The notes below the pieces were generated by a model. It saw only the letters and a program-made list of their open reading frames with translations, had not been told where the DNA came from and did no database searches. DNA of 64,000 nucleotides. It comes from a virus. Position numbers and translations under genes: made by a program. The stretch lies in IMG/VR virus record IMGVR_UViG_3300021197_000993, positions 4,811-68,810 of that record. One strand, 5' to 3'. This document shows positions 40,701 to 47,904 of the stretch, one piece after another; position 1 is the first letter of the stretch, and each line of letters opens with the position of its first letter.

Positions 40701-40754
40701 ATTGATGAACTCATTCATCACACGGCGATGATATTGACCAGCGTCTTCGCGCAC
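34746..40754 (-). CDS. 2002-aa head-module protein with C-terminal degenerate ATP-dependent DNA-ligase-like (NTase + OB) domain
   Basis: From ~36200 the motif order is ligase-like (LDLL, DRIRHL, ILLRDANATYMKGESRHPKW, VDVIV...VG), but motif I reads SLYPQGEH instead of ExKxDGxR. Confidence 0.7.
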   Translation of the reverse strand: MREDAGQYHRRVMNEFINAVINKEDAREEAVNVLLSANNLENNGFTRILLKNEAEEYLKPSTVMSQSTSATKDIFSSPRGDTLQERAPARHYKQIPVFNEKELLNAIKVAFKDEDELPLDKIVRKYVGWRMHTMQNPERDGDVVGSHSKLDAANLFPQREGKASYGEMPVFQHLTRYLFGGKGENAERLHKAMVKTAKGMHPKAKEPHMFSDWVGNNATMMRLFNIGYDDFKRAYLEKFPEMQKFFTDPEAINHYIRVKNWENEGIPRDEVMKVLFKDDGMPRQVYEDEKESPVQRLRKMADKYNDQRRVPKEGERNFGRVGIDAYRLGIAMLPYSQIYNIMKWMLVTNGGTNSEGKIDDSFFANRQYGSDMRGYMANHAYLMDNMIDTLYAGGAGRNGYNQTLPNHYTKKYKETIATDIEKRSQKMKEQLKENNWQGLAPETIERAVEYVNFNNLAKRYADEHDAEIVEDGGRYPHIKRGEHGDTIHMKEKPPDLRSLNLHNFFTDDESERIAERTLIAYGQQEFGDLLRESVQGYTHTHNTADEFDMLEEPQFAEPSPLGIVMQGVGSRRGNNSGETGDVQNAYDEGFGNVFRAPLSQRTFLIPSRPERDATGSKRTVEQKDVYDPAKDVDGSLLLDLENALESRDDEDAEKLIEQFKSGKAVQLDMPRQNLSLEEALDSKGKGVVSDMDGTTPKEALEDYIKDMPSPRTPSTAGLHSFYMAHSDFLNSGDMDDFVGFLSLDGKRRRGSRVALDTPMLGLRKERIRSQKKGGKKLYEARHAPGYHDQKKSDEARKFGYEKGTMPHIDRLLIDFLLHGSHLPLHEFDEADQKQFEDLLREDHEDRFSALKQMNHRDVIGEGGRTGKDMVNDIVRDREPPSQLAIYFKEDLDDYIQNQFKMSEPYSLPPTQSSNIRTRRALLQELKTLDMQYLNAKDENTRGERANELEQFIQMKERLDNDDGVPLSSLHQHGTEEEPAVSSLVVAPSPSYLASIMKAQLAKAMRFAEKSGDNNTKELIEQKLSQVRRATPPEDGGEAVFNNEDKRLRNEVQTVNATAKIFKAIRPAIEKLFPNVFTEGNDKAYAATAYTLKLAEQIAMLDPDTRGQVFENGIFYGGQNIPFDYLSDDEKDNLANLHVSREKHKGSTDMAEKALDRQFGGVQPRGHEAASKLARREGSGVSDEDVEIFDAVMENVKKAADAQEGVGFEKAFMARYHPHDLKGKPIRGNLQSILYEQLQGQGLKRGGSRFAFNDGGIFHDIADDSCTSGGESVLMGKRKMKPISMKREREAIVNVLKHAGKATQRGSDIAMDFKRMRNFGIQRGAMDTKSLKRMMNFNKPNSLENIAALLHDKTGTQLLDESSTEPEPQTVMGGYNMNNAHATPINTCHEGKFNYGIEGTRSPPFVHQPHFLGDGKIVFETDDLHTFNAPSPQMLRMNIRHMKHANPDLPQLDVSKPMNYFNYQAYQGANTNMRLGQGINAATTFAEDEMGANDESIFTYSSHLLDVALDDTLLIKDDGKPQPVKFMHRIFDLDDMQHLRGFTGDWVISLYPQGEHVIATKDKKGITAYGIDGEVKLDEAILEEAEKVYEKDFTVHAIIHDGVMTILDLLKTADEDTHNMPTKDRIRHLRSQYESSEHIKMPEPINTKRSDDEGLQVAIEGLQKENNIDILLRDANATYMKGESRHPKWVLLSKEKMVDVIVLSASGTTYGVGVGPLMHPEHYGKRAQQVGDEHYMNVGSAKGPRGLKVGDFATVRCTGVSVSSKKEHPVYRIRSAKITDNEPFAANSVETLAIMSGEHHVPQQVSMKKGNITIRFTAFDDEVICKTRKQDGLWYVEPQSSVWGNEYLVRLAQDQEAYWISKAAWLLKEEDVEEPEYDEVQPEAPAGHVKKPKKVLEEEEEVIKRGLELIERGLEHLSKEKITSTGVQGLGMDYATPDESPRGPTQNIRDNTMPDFDPQARADDELKPATAKKTKRLRTNQGESATLEDDGVIVVESNSLDIG

Positions 40755-40765
40755 ACTTCATCACC

Positions 40766-41116
40766 TCAAGAGTAGTCGGTGATGGTATATGCTCCGGCTG
40801 GGTTTTTATCGGACGGGTCGCCTTTCTTGTTCTCGCGTGCCTCAAGTGGATATGGATAGCCGATTGGAGTCAAAGTGATGTTCTCCGTCTTTGGGTTGTC
40901 TTTCTTGACATCCTCAACCGTGATTCGTCGTTGATTGGTGTCGTAATACCCTGTGCGGACTGGCTCACTGCCTGTGACATTTGCAAAAAGGTCGCCACTT
41001 TCTGTTCCGAAGTCTTTCGTTTCTTTGTCAACTTTGGCAATCAATTCATTTGCCTCTTTGATGATTTCATCTACATCGGGGGCAAGTTGCCCTGCTTCAA
41101 CTTTCATTGGCTTCAT
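40766..41116 (-). CDS. Hypothetical head-module protein
   Basis: 116 aa, ATGA-coupled, GGAGGA RBS. Confidence 0.7.
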   Translation of the reverse strand: MKPMKVEAGQLAPDVDEIIKEANELIAKVDKETKDFGTESGDLFANVTGSEPVRTGYYDTNQRRITVEDVKKDNPKTENITLTPIGYPYPLEARENKKGDPSDKNPAGAYTITDYS

Positions 41117-41466
41117 TGGTCAATCCTCCTTCCTTCTGCTTGCGCGGCTGTGTCAGCCATTGCGTGAATCTCATCCCATGACATCTCATGCCATTCTTCA
41201 TTTGACGCTGGCATATTCATACCAGCATCGTCAATAGCGGCGGCGGCTTTGCTGATAACTGAATCGCGGTCGCCTCGTAGTGGGTCGCCCCAAACATCCT
41301 CGTTTGCGGGAGTGTTGGCGCGAACGAATCCAGCGCGCTTAAGAAGAAGTTCGGGAGTGTCCATGCTTTTTCGCATAGCGTTGATTTCAGCATCCATAGT
41401 CTCCATTTTGCTGATGAGTGCTTTCATCAGCATCATAGCGTCTCCGGATTCTTCCGACACGCTCAC
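41113..41466 (-). CDS. Small scaffold-like protein
   Basis: Coiled coil plus C-terminal MSWDEIHAMA, matching MSWDDVHRLA at the end of the protease/scaffold. Confidence 0.65.
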   Translation of the reverse strand: MSVSEESGDAMMLMKALISKMETMDAEINAMRKSMDTPELLLKRAGFVRANTPANEDVWGDPLRGDRDSVISKAAAAIDDAGMNMPASNEEWHEMSWDEIHAMADTAAQAEGRRIDQ

Positions 41467-41807
41467 ACCTGTCCTTGCTTCTTGAAGTGGCTACCGATTC
41501 GGTCGGGGCCGATGTAGCCCATTGGTCGGTCATTAGATTTCGCGATAACACCTTGAGTGCTGTTGAATTGCATGACAGGCGCGCCACCAGCGAACATATC
41601 GTTGACACCAAGAATGCGGTCATTTTGACCGGTTTGTGATTTGTAGATTTGACCGACATCATCCGCGAGATAATCGCTGGTTGATTGAATACTTCGTAGG
41701 AATTGTTCGGCTGATACAAGGTCGTTGTTCGCGAGTGCAACCTTAAACTCCGACACAGCGGTTTCAAGTTTGCGCACCATCGGGTCCATCTTCTGCAATA
41801 GGCTCAT
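41463..41807 (-). CDS. Hypothetical head-module protein
   Basis: 114 aa. GGTTAAAG lies 24 nt upstream of the ATG, a possible archaeal TATA box for a leaderless transcript. Confidence 0.7.
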   Translation of the reverse strand: MSLLQKMDPMVRKLETAVSEFKVALANNDLVSAEQFLRSIQSTSDYLADDVGQIYKSQTGQNDRILGVNDMFAGGAPVMQFNSTQGVIAKSNDRPMGYIGPDRIGSHFKKQGQV

Positions 41808-41838
41808 GGCTCCGACGAAGACGCATCACCACTTTAAC

Positions 41839-43689
41839 CTATTGGAAACCACTGTCTTTCTGTTTAGCAGTTGGGTCTTTCGCGGCTTGAACGCTATCAA
41901 GAGCCTGTTCAATAGGTGTTTTCTTTGCACCGCGTTGATTCTTTTTGCTTGAAGGCGCGCCGGATTGTTGTGTCTCCGAACTGATTGGTGCAGGGCCGCG
42001 GTCGCGCTGACCTGTGCCTTCACCAAGACCGATTGCCTTCTCCATCATCATAATTTGACCGCCTCCCTGCGGAGGAGGTCCTCCACCGCCCGGAGGAAGC
42101 CCACCGCCGGGCGGCATCATTGGACCCCCACCCTGTGGAGGTATGCCGCCCCCCGGCGGCATAGGTGGAGGCATACCGCCACCCGGAGGCATACCGCCAC
42201 CCGGTGGCATTCCGCCCATCGCGCCGCCACCCTGTTGTTGCATAGCGGCTTCTTGTGGGTCGGGTTTTGTGTAAGTGAATCGTATGTCGCTACCGCCGTC
42301 TTCTGTTAATTCGGGTTGGAACCCAAGTGCTTGCATACGCTGTGCGATGTTGACTTCTTGTTCGTCGCGTCGCAGTCGCGTAATTTCGTCTTCTTCTTCA
42401 TTTGGATAGAGTGTGAGCATCCAGTCATGAACACCCATTTGGTCAAGCAAGCGGGGGAATAACTCGCGTGAATACAACTTCTGCCCCGATTCAACAGCAC
42501 GATTCGTGACAAGGATTTGCATTCCTTCGTTGTTCAATCCACCGGACTTACCACTATCCATCATGAAAACATTGGATACGCCATAGAAAGCCGCTATACG
42601 CATTCGTATTTCATCACGGACTTGCGCGTATTGCATTTCATCAAGACTATCCATGAAGCGAACAAACTCAACTTTACCGCGTCCCGACGCTGATTCAACG
42701 CCGACTTTAGGAATGTAGTGGGGGTCGCGCTCCATTTTTTCTTCTGCTCCTTTCCAAAACGAAGCGGTAGATTGAATGTTATCAGTGGTGATAGCGAGAA
42801 CACCACGAGGGATACGACGCTTTTGATACGCGAGGTAAATGTAATTGTCCATAGCAGTGAGTGATTGCGCTTGTCGCCACATGCTGGCGACAGGTGAGCG
42901 GCCATACAATTTTGACGGATTGAACTTGGAGATGTGCAACACTTCACCGTCAATGTAGTATTGCGTCTTTCCGCTACCGGCAGTGTTGATGTAGTGAACA
43001 TCTTGAAGAGGTAAGCCACAATTGTGAACTTCACACTTTTTGTGGTCGCCGTTGTGGGGGTAGGTTTTGTCGCGGTGGACAGGACACAGAAGGTATCGTC
43101 CTCCGCGCTTACCTGCTTTATCAGCAACAATACGCATGAATGTTGGGTCGCCACGAACCAATTCTTTGACGCGGAAAAACTCTATTTTGCCGTCTTGAGG
43201 GTCAATGAAATACTCTTTGATAAGCAACAAAAACGCGTCATCAACGATGTCCAAGTCCCATTCAATCTCCTTCATCACTTCAATAAATGACTGGTCCATA
43301 GTGTTGCGTTGTTTCATCAACCATCGCGGGTATAGGATTTGGTCAGCATCGGGGCTTTCAAACTTTTTATTGCCGCAAATACGACACGAGTCAATCGTGT
43401 CATGCTGGTATTCTTCTTCACAGTTGGTGCATTTCTTGTGAAACTTCTTCTCCCAATAATAGCCGCGACGAAAAATCTCTTGACATAGTGTGTTGATAGT
43501 CGTTCGGAGGATGATGGATTCTTGCACTGTTGCATAAAGAGCAGGTATGGATACACCTTGAACGAGAACAGGTTCTTGAATACCCGTTTTCCAAAGCGGC
43601 ATCTGCGGTTCGGGGGTTGTTCTACGGCTAAATGGTTTGGTCAACGAAGACAAAAAACGCCCTACTATTCCTTTTTCTTCGGCCATCAT
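41839..43689 (-). CDS. Portal protein with zinc-ribbon insertions and Pro/Gly-rich tail
   Basis: EVLHISKFNP..LYGRSPV, RIPRGVL, DEMQY...IAAFYGVS portal motifs; CTNC/CRIC and CPVH/CEVHNC inserts. Confidence 0.9.
   Translation of the reverse strand: MMAEEKGIVGRFLSSLTKPFSRRTTPEPQMPLWKTGIQEPVLVQGVSIPALYATVQESIILRTTINTLCQEIFRRGYYWEKKFHKKCTNCEEEYQHDTIDSCRICGNKKFESPDADQILYPRWLMKQRNTMDQSFIEVMKEIEWDLDIVDDAFLLLIKEYFIDPQDGKIEFFRVKELVRGDPTFMRIVADKAGKRGGRYLLCPVHRDKTYPHNGDHKKCEVHNCGLPLQDVHYINTAGSGKTQYYIDGEVLHISKFNPSKLYGRSPVASMWRQAQSLTAMDNYIYLAYQKRRIPRGVLAITTDNIQSTASFWKGAEEKMERDPHYIPKVGVESASGRGKVEFVRFMDSLDEMQYAQVRDEIRMRIAAFYGVSNVFMMDSGKSGGLNNEGMQILVTNRAVESGQKLYSRELFPRLLDQMGVHDWMLTLYPNEEEDEITRLRRDEQEVNIAQRMQALGFQPELTEDGGSDIRFTYTKPDPQEAAMQQQGGGAMGGMPPGGGMPPGGGMPPPMPPGGGIPPQGGGPMMPPGGGLPPGGGGPPPQGGGQIMMMEKAIGLGEGTGQRDRGPAPISSETQQSGAPSSKKNQRGAKKTPIEQALDSVQAAKDPTAKQKDSGFQ
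42060..42240 (-). repeat. Tandem GGMPP(G) coding repeat in the portal C-terminus
   Basis: GGCATACCGCCACCCGG units repeated on the + strand; protein GGMPPGGGMPPGGGMPPPMPPGGGIPP... Confidence 0.85.
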
Positions 43690-45068
43690 ATCATCTCCAC
43701 AAGTCGGTTGGCATCGTCAAGAAGACGAAGGGTTTCACCGTCCCGACTAAACATCGCATGAACTCCCGCTTCATCAATGTTCCACTCTTTCAACAACTCT
43801 TCACGCTTATCGGGAACATCTTTCCAATTCAACCATTTGACAACACGATAAAGTTCGTCGCGTCTTGATTTTATGATGTCAGTTTTGCGACCGCGCAAAT
43901 CCAGTAATTCAAGGACTGCGCCAGCCTGTCCTTTTTTCATGCGGAGATGTGGGCGGATACCTTTCATCAGTGAACGAAGGTCGTTTTCGGAATAGAATTG
44001 AAGACGGTGTTGAGTGCGTCGGCTGTTCTTGTGGATTTTCAAATCAGTTTGTAGCACGCCACATCCAAGTGCTTTGTGTAGTTGTTCGCAATGCAACTTA
44101 CCCCGCTCACCTGTTGCAATGAAACCAGCACGAGGCTCAAGTCGTTTGGTGATGGTGATGTATCCGTCAGCATCAAGGAAACCAGCCGCATACGCCCAAA
44201 CATCCTTGAACACCATTGTGTTATCGCGAACAATACCCCACCCAACGCCGACCTTTTCAATATCGTATTCTACACCATGCATTTTGAAAAGCGCGCTTAG
44301 TTGAGAAATTGAAAGATTTTTGATTTTATCCATGCTCGCGAAAACCTCACTTGTAGGTAAAGGACCGCGCTCTTCAAGAATTGTAGCGGCTTTTGTTAAA
44401 TAAATAGCATCCGTTTTTTTGATGTTATCAATAGAATGAAGCGCGTTCCTCCATTCCTTTTTTGCGTTCTTTTTAACCTCTTGACAATCAACCCACAGTT
44501 GCCTTTGTTCATCGTTGAAATCACCTTCAATCAACAACAATTTTGTGATTGAATCATTGGCTCTTTCCCATTGAACACAAGCACGACGAAGCGCATATTC
44601 GCGTGATTTGCCGTGTTTCCGCAACGCTTGTAAATCTCTTTCACTGATACCCAAATTGCGAACAGTCGGCTCATGTTTACCAATCCAATCAATGGATTGA
44701 AGCGTAGCCTCTACTTCTTGCTTCTTTGCGATACGGATAGCGTCAATTGCATAGTCAATGGCTTCACGCATTTCTTTGTGTTCGCGTCGCGCCATGCGGA
44801 GGTCTTTCACTAAATCCCCAGCACCACGACCAAACATAGACTGAAACCAACCACCTTTGGGGAGAGAACGATTGAGTTGCTCCCGTATTTTCTTCTTCTC
44901 TTCGCCTTCTTCAATTTGATTTGGGCGTGGAGGTGTAGGGTTGGCATTGGCTTCACCTTGACCTTGAGATACAGGCATAGGCGCATCACCAAATGTAGGA
45001 CCCTCAATGACATTCTTCAACAACGGATTATCGTTGAACAGGTTGGAGTCCGATAAATCAATTTTCAA
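43686..45068 (-). CDS. Free-standing LAGLIDADG-domain protein with long N-terminal extension
   Basis: YAAGFLDADGYITI, LGCGVL and IRPHLRMKKGQA; single motif; TTG start after AGGTGA. Confidence 0.8.
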   Translation of the reverse strand: MKIDLSDSNLFNDNPLLKNVIEGPTFGDAPMPVSQGQGEANANPTPPRPNQIEEGEEKKKIREQLNRSLPKGGWFQSMFGRGAGDLVKDLRMARREHKEMREAIDYAIDAIRIAKKQEVEATLQSIDWIGKHEPTVRNLGISERDLQALRKHGKSREYALRRACVQWERANDSITKLLLIEGDFNDEQRQLWVDCQEVKKNAKKEWRNALHSIDNIKKTDAIYLTKAATILEERGPLPTSEVFASMDKIKNLSISQLSALFKMHGVEYDIEKVGVGWGIVRDNTMVFKDVWAYAAGFLDADGYITITKRLEPRAGFIATGERGKLHCEQLHKALGCGVLQTDLKIHKNSRRTQHRLQFYSENDLRSLMKGIRPHLRMKKGQAGAVLELLDLRGRKTDIIKSRRDELYRVVKWLNWKDVPDKREELLKEWNIDEAGVHAMFSRDGETLRLLDDANRLVEMI

Positions 45069-45210
45069 CGCGATTCACCTTTCTCTCATTCCAAGCCATT
45101 ATTTGCGGACTACCGTTTTTCTCCCAACACTTTTTACAAAATCCAAAAGGATATACCTTATCTGTTGTGTAGCAACAAGTGTGATAGTGATACTCAACAG
45201 ATTGGGTCAT
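45058..45210 (-). CDS. 50-aa Cys/His-rich peptide
   Basis: Below the cutoff. TAATG-coupled: MTQSVEYHYHTCCYTTDKVYPFGFCKKCWEKNGSPQIMAWNERKVNRVEN*. Confidence 0.55.
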   Translation of the reverse strand: MTQSVEYHYHTCCYTTDKVYPFGFCKKCWEKNGSPQIMAWNERKVNRVEN

Positions 45211-45623
45211 TAACAATTCCACCTTTTCAACGCCGCGCCTTTCGGAGTCATCTTACCACCTTTGCTGGTTGGACCTTTAACGCCACTCATTCGCGCGCAA
45301 AAAGACTTTCTACGCTTGGCTTTTTTACCGCCCGGTTTTAGTTTGCTTGGTTTTGTCGTGACCGGAGGTTTGAGGTTTGCACCACTCTTTCGCTTTGCCG
45401 CGGCGCGACCTTTCGCGTTCAGTCCACCTTTGCGACTGTGTTTGTTTGGATTGTATCCGTGAAACGGCTTGCTCTTTTTCTTCGCTTTCAACACCGTGTT
45501 TGCAATGTCAAACGGTGAGCAACATGTGCAAAACGACACCTCTTTCGCGATGTCGTCGTCGTTCATCATTGCTAATTCTTCTGCTGTTATTGGTTCATGC
45601 ATTATGTATTCGTATTCTGTCAT
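45210..45623 (-). CDS. Highly basic small protein (DUF6321-like) with acidic pro-region
   Basis: GGLNAKGRAAAK...NLKPPV...RRKSFCARMSG...ALKRWNC, a pattern recalled from marine phages near terminase genes; not searched. Confidence 0.7.
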   Translation of the reverse strand: MTEYEYIMHEPITAEELAMMNDDDIAKEVSFCTCCSPFDIANTVLKAKKKSKPFHGYNPNKHSRKGGLNAKGRAAAKRKSGANLKPPVTTKPSKLKPGGKKAKRRKSFCARMSGVKGPTSKGGKMTPKGAALKRWNC

Positions 45624-45624
45624 G

Positions 45625-46080
45625 TTATCCCCTCGTCAAATGATGATACCCGCATACGCATGGGTATGTTGAAATCGGTCGTCCCGATTGGCGCGATTGA
45701 TAGTCTCTATCGCGTTCCGCATGTGCGGGTGATTCGTATTTGTTCTTCTCCGGAGTAGGGCATGGTGGATAATTACCGCGACCCTTCATGAACACCCACG
45801 CCTCGTCCATCCCTTTAACGATGGTGGGCTTTCCGCCTACGCCCTGTTTCTTGCTACGCTTGCGTTTCGTTGCCGCGCGCTTTTGACCTGCTGACATAGA
45901 ACCGCTGGTCTTCGGAGTCTTGCTTGATACCTTGACGGAGGGGCGACACTTGGGGTATCCTTTGCTACCCTTCTTTGCCTTAGAACGCCCACAGGGAGGA
46001 TGCTTACCATCCTTACCTGTGCGCGAAACATCAACCCACTTTTCCTTGAACCAACGATTCAAGTTTTTCTCAACCGTCAT
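45625..46080 (-). CDS. Highly basic protein (DUF5872-like) fused to an AWxxMK-led zinc-finger domain
   Basis: LNRWFKEKWVDV...CGRSKAK...YPKCRP, then MDEAWVFMK, then C...YPCVCGYHHLT. Confidence 0.7.
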   Translation of the reverse strand: MTVEKNLNRWFKEKWVDVSRTGKDGKHPPCGRSKAKKGSKGYPKCRPSVKVSSKTPKTSGSMSAGQKRAATKRKRSKKQGVGGKPTIVKGMDEAWVFMKGRGNYPPCPTPEKNKYESPAHAERDRDYQSRQSGRPISTYPCVCGYHHLTRG

Positions 46081-46280
46081 TTTCCAGCCCACGCATCACA
46101 AATATATTCTTTGTTGCAAGTAAAATCATACCACTTGCAGTAGCCCGTTTGAGGGTCTTCTGTTGCTGAATCGTCCCACGCCTTGCAGTTGCCACACTTC
46201 TTCGGACCTGTGGCCTTGCGATAATTCGGCGCGTCTTTCTTGGCTTTCATCAAAGCCCACGCTTCTTCAAGAGGAATCAT
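46077..46280 (-). CDS. HiPIP-like Cys protein with AWxxLK-type leader (67 aa)
   Basis: MIPLEEAWALMK, then NY...KKCGNC-x15-C-x12-CDAW, the Cys/aromatic spacing of small high-potential iron-sulfur proteins. Confidence 0.6.
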   Translation of the reverse strand: MIPLEEAWALMKAKKDAPNYRKATGPKKCGNCKAWDDSATEDPQTGYCKWYDFTCNKEYICDAWAGK

Positions 46281-46468
46281 TTCTTTTTGCCTCCCTTCTT
46301 TTTCTTGAACTTGCCGCGACAGTATTGAACAGCCCATCCATTTGCATACGCGCTTGGATAAACTTTGAACTTACGCTTCGCCGCGGCCTTACCCGCCGGA
46401 CACAGTTTCTTCTCAAGATAGCCGAACGCGGCTTCTCCGCCTACGCAAAACTCACAATTACAAGCCAT
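46277..46468 (-). CDS. Small basic protein
   Basis: CPAGKAAAKRKFKVYPSAYANGWAVQYC and a Lys-rich tail; resembles small basic phage proteins recalled near terminases. Confidence 0.7.
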   Translation of the reverse strand: MACNCEFCVGGEAAFGYLEKKLCPAGKAAAKRKFKVYPSAYANGWAVQYCRGKFKKKKGGKKK

Positions 46469-46497
46469 TCAAAAACCCCATTCAGTAAAAGGATACA

Positions 46498-47898
46498 TCA
46501 ATCTAACAACCCCTCCATTATTTCATCCAAGTCCACAATGCGCTCACGGAACTCCGTGGTGGCCCAATGAGCCAACGCGAGAGCAATAGCAAAGTCATCG
46601 TGCCTACCAATACTGTCAAGCCGACCTTTCTTGCTCATACCAAACATAAGCAACTCTCGTTCAAGTTCCGACATCATCGTTCGTGAACGGTCATCACCCC
46701 ACGGCAATCGCATCTGCTCATTTTCAAAGCGCAACACCAAACCCATGAGAAGAGACTCACGGCGTTGGCGTGTGGAGATGAATGTTTTGATAGGGAGGTC
46801 TGTATCTGCGCGTAGTTCAGTAGCGAACACACGCTGAAAGTTGTTGGCTTCAAGTTCAATAACATCGGGATTAAACTTCGCGTTGAGTCTTTGAATCTCC
46901 ATTATCTGTGTTCGGAAGTCCATATTCTTGCGACGAACCGCGTGAACCAATTCAAGCAGTTCGGGGTTGGTTGATGGGCGACGAAGCACCACCATGACAG
47001 TATAGTCAGCCGCGCGGTCCGAAGAAATAGCAGGGTCCCAACCGATGAAGTATTGGTCATCGGGGTCGCCTACTTCGCGTTCAATCAGTTTGAGTGTGTT
47101 GTCTTTTGCGGCTTGCAGAATGGTTGAAGGGAACAAACTGCTCACATCGTCCATTGGTTCGCACAAGTATTCACGAGCAAATGCGATGGCTGGCATATCA
47201 TTGCGACGCGCATCAAGAGAATCTAAATCCCAACGCTCCGGCCAAAGAGCCTCACCTTTGGCGTTGATAGCAGGGTAGGTTTCAACGAGATAACCCTCCC
47301 TACTCTCCAACTCCGTGTAAAGGTCAGTTGGTGTAAACGGTGTCCCGACAATCATCAATTTGGATGTGTGGTGAAGTGTAGGAACAAGAACCTCGTAGAA
47401 CCATGAAGCAACGCGAGCGAGTTCAGTATCAGTCGTTCCCCACAGAATGTCGTCGCAAAGGATGAGGTCGGGGTGAATACCACGGATAGCACCACCAACT
47501 GACTTCGCGCTAATGTTGGAGCCGTTGCTAAAACCGAAGAATGTCTTTGACCAAGAATCTGCTTTCTTCATTTTCGCGAGGAACGGCACTCCATCAATCA
47601 AGTCATTGAGTGTGCGCATGTGGTGAATGGACTGATGAAGACTGTGTGAAATTAACACGGCTTTGGTCTTTGGGTTAAACGCTGTTTTCCACAGCATGTA
47701 GCCAAGAAAGAGCGTTGATTTACCGTGGTCGCGAGCCGCTTTGACACAATATCGTTTGCGTTTTTCAAGGTTGTTATACCAGTCTTCGTGATGATGTGAT
47801 AATTGAAAACCGAGTATCTCTTCAAAAAAGAATCTAAAATCGCGCTTCGCTACCTCAAAGTCAATCTCTTCAATTGCTTCAAGTGATAGGGATTGCAC
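46498..47898 (-). CDS. terL: Terminase large subunit
   Basis: Walker A AARDHGKST, Walker B ILCDD, coupling motif VGTP, FAREYLC, RNase H IGWDPA...DYT, and C-terminal HDDFAIALALA. Confidence 0.95.
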   Translation of the reverse strand: MQSLSLEAIEEIDFEVAKRDFRFFFEEILGFQLSHHHEDWYNNLEKRKRYCVKAARDHGKSTLFLGYMLWKTAFNPKTKAVLISHSLHQSIHHMRTLNDLIDGVPFLAKMKKADSWSKTFFGFSNGSNISAKSVGGAIRGIHPDLILCDDILWGTTDTELARVASWFYEVLVPTLHHTSKLMIVGTPFTPTDLYTELESREGYLVETYPAINAKGEALWPERWDLDSLDARRNDMPAIAFAREYLCEPMDDVSSLFPSTILQAAKDNTLKLIEREVGDPDDQYFIGWDPAISSDRAADYTVMVVLRRPSTNPELLELVHAVRRKNMDFRTQIMEIQRLNAKFNPDVIELEANNFQRVFATELRADTDLPIKTFISTRQRRESLLMGLVLRFENEQMRLPWGDDRSRTMMSELERELLMFGMSKKGRLDSIGRHDDFAIALALAHWATTEFRERIVDLDEIMEGLLD

Positions 47899-47904
47899 AC
47901 TTCA

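Noticed and set aside
34746-40754. Functional DNA ligase
   Set aside because: The catalytic Lys and other conserved residues appear to be missing.
43686-47898. Intein or group I intron associated with the LAGLIDADG domain or terminase
   Set aside because: No intein splice-junction motifs were seen, and terminase and portal are intact and contiguous.
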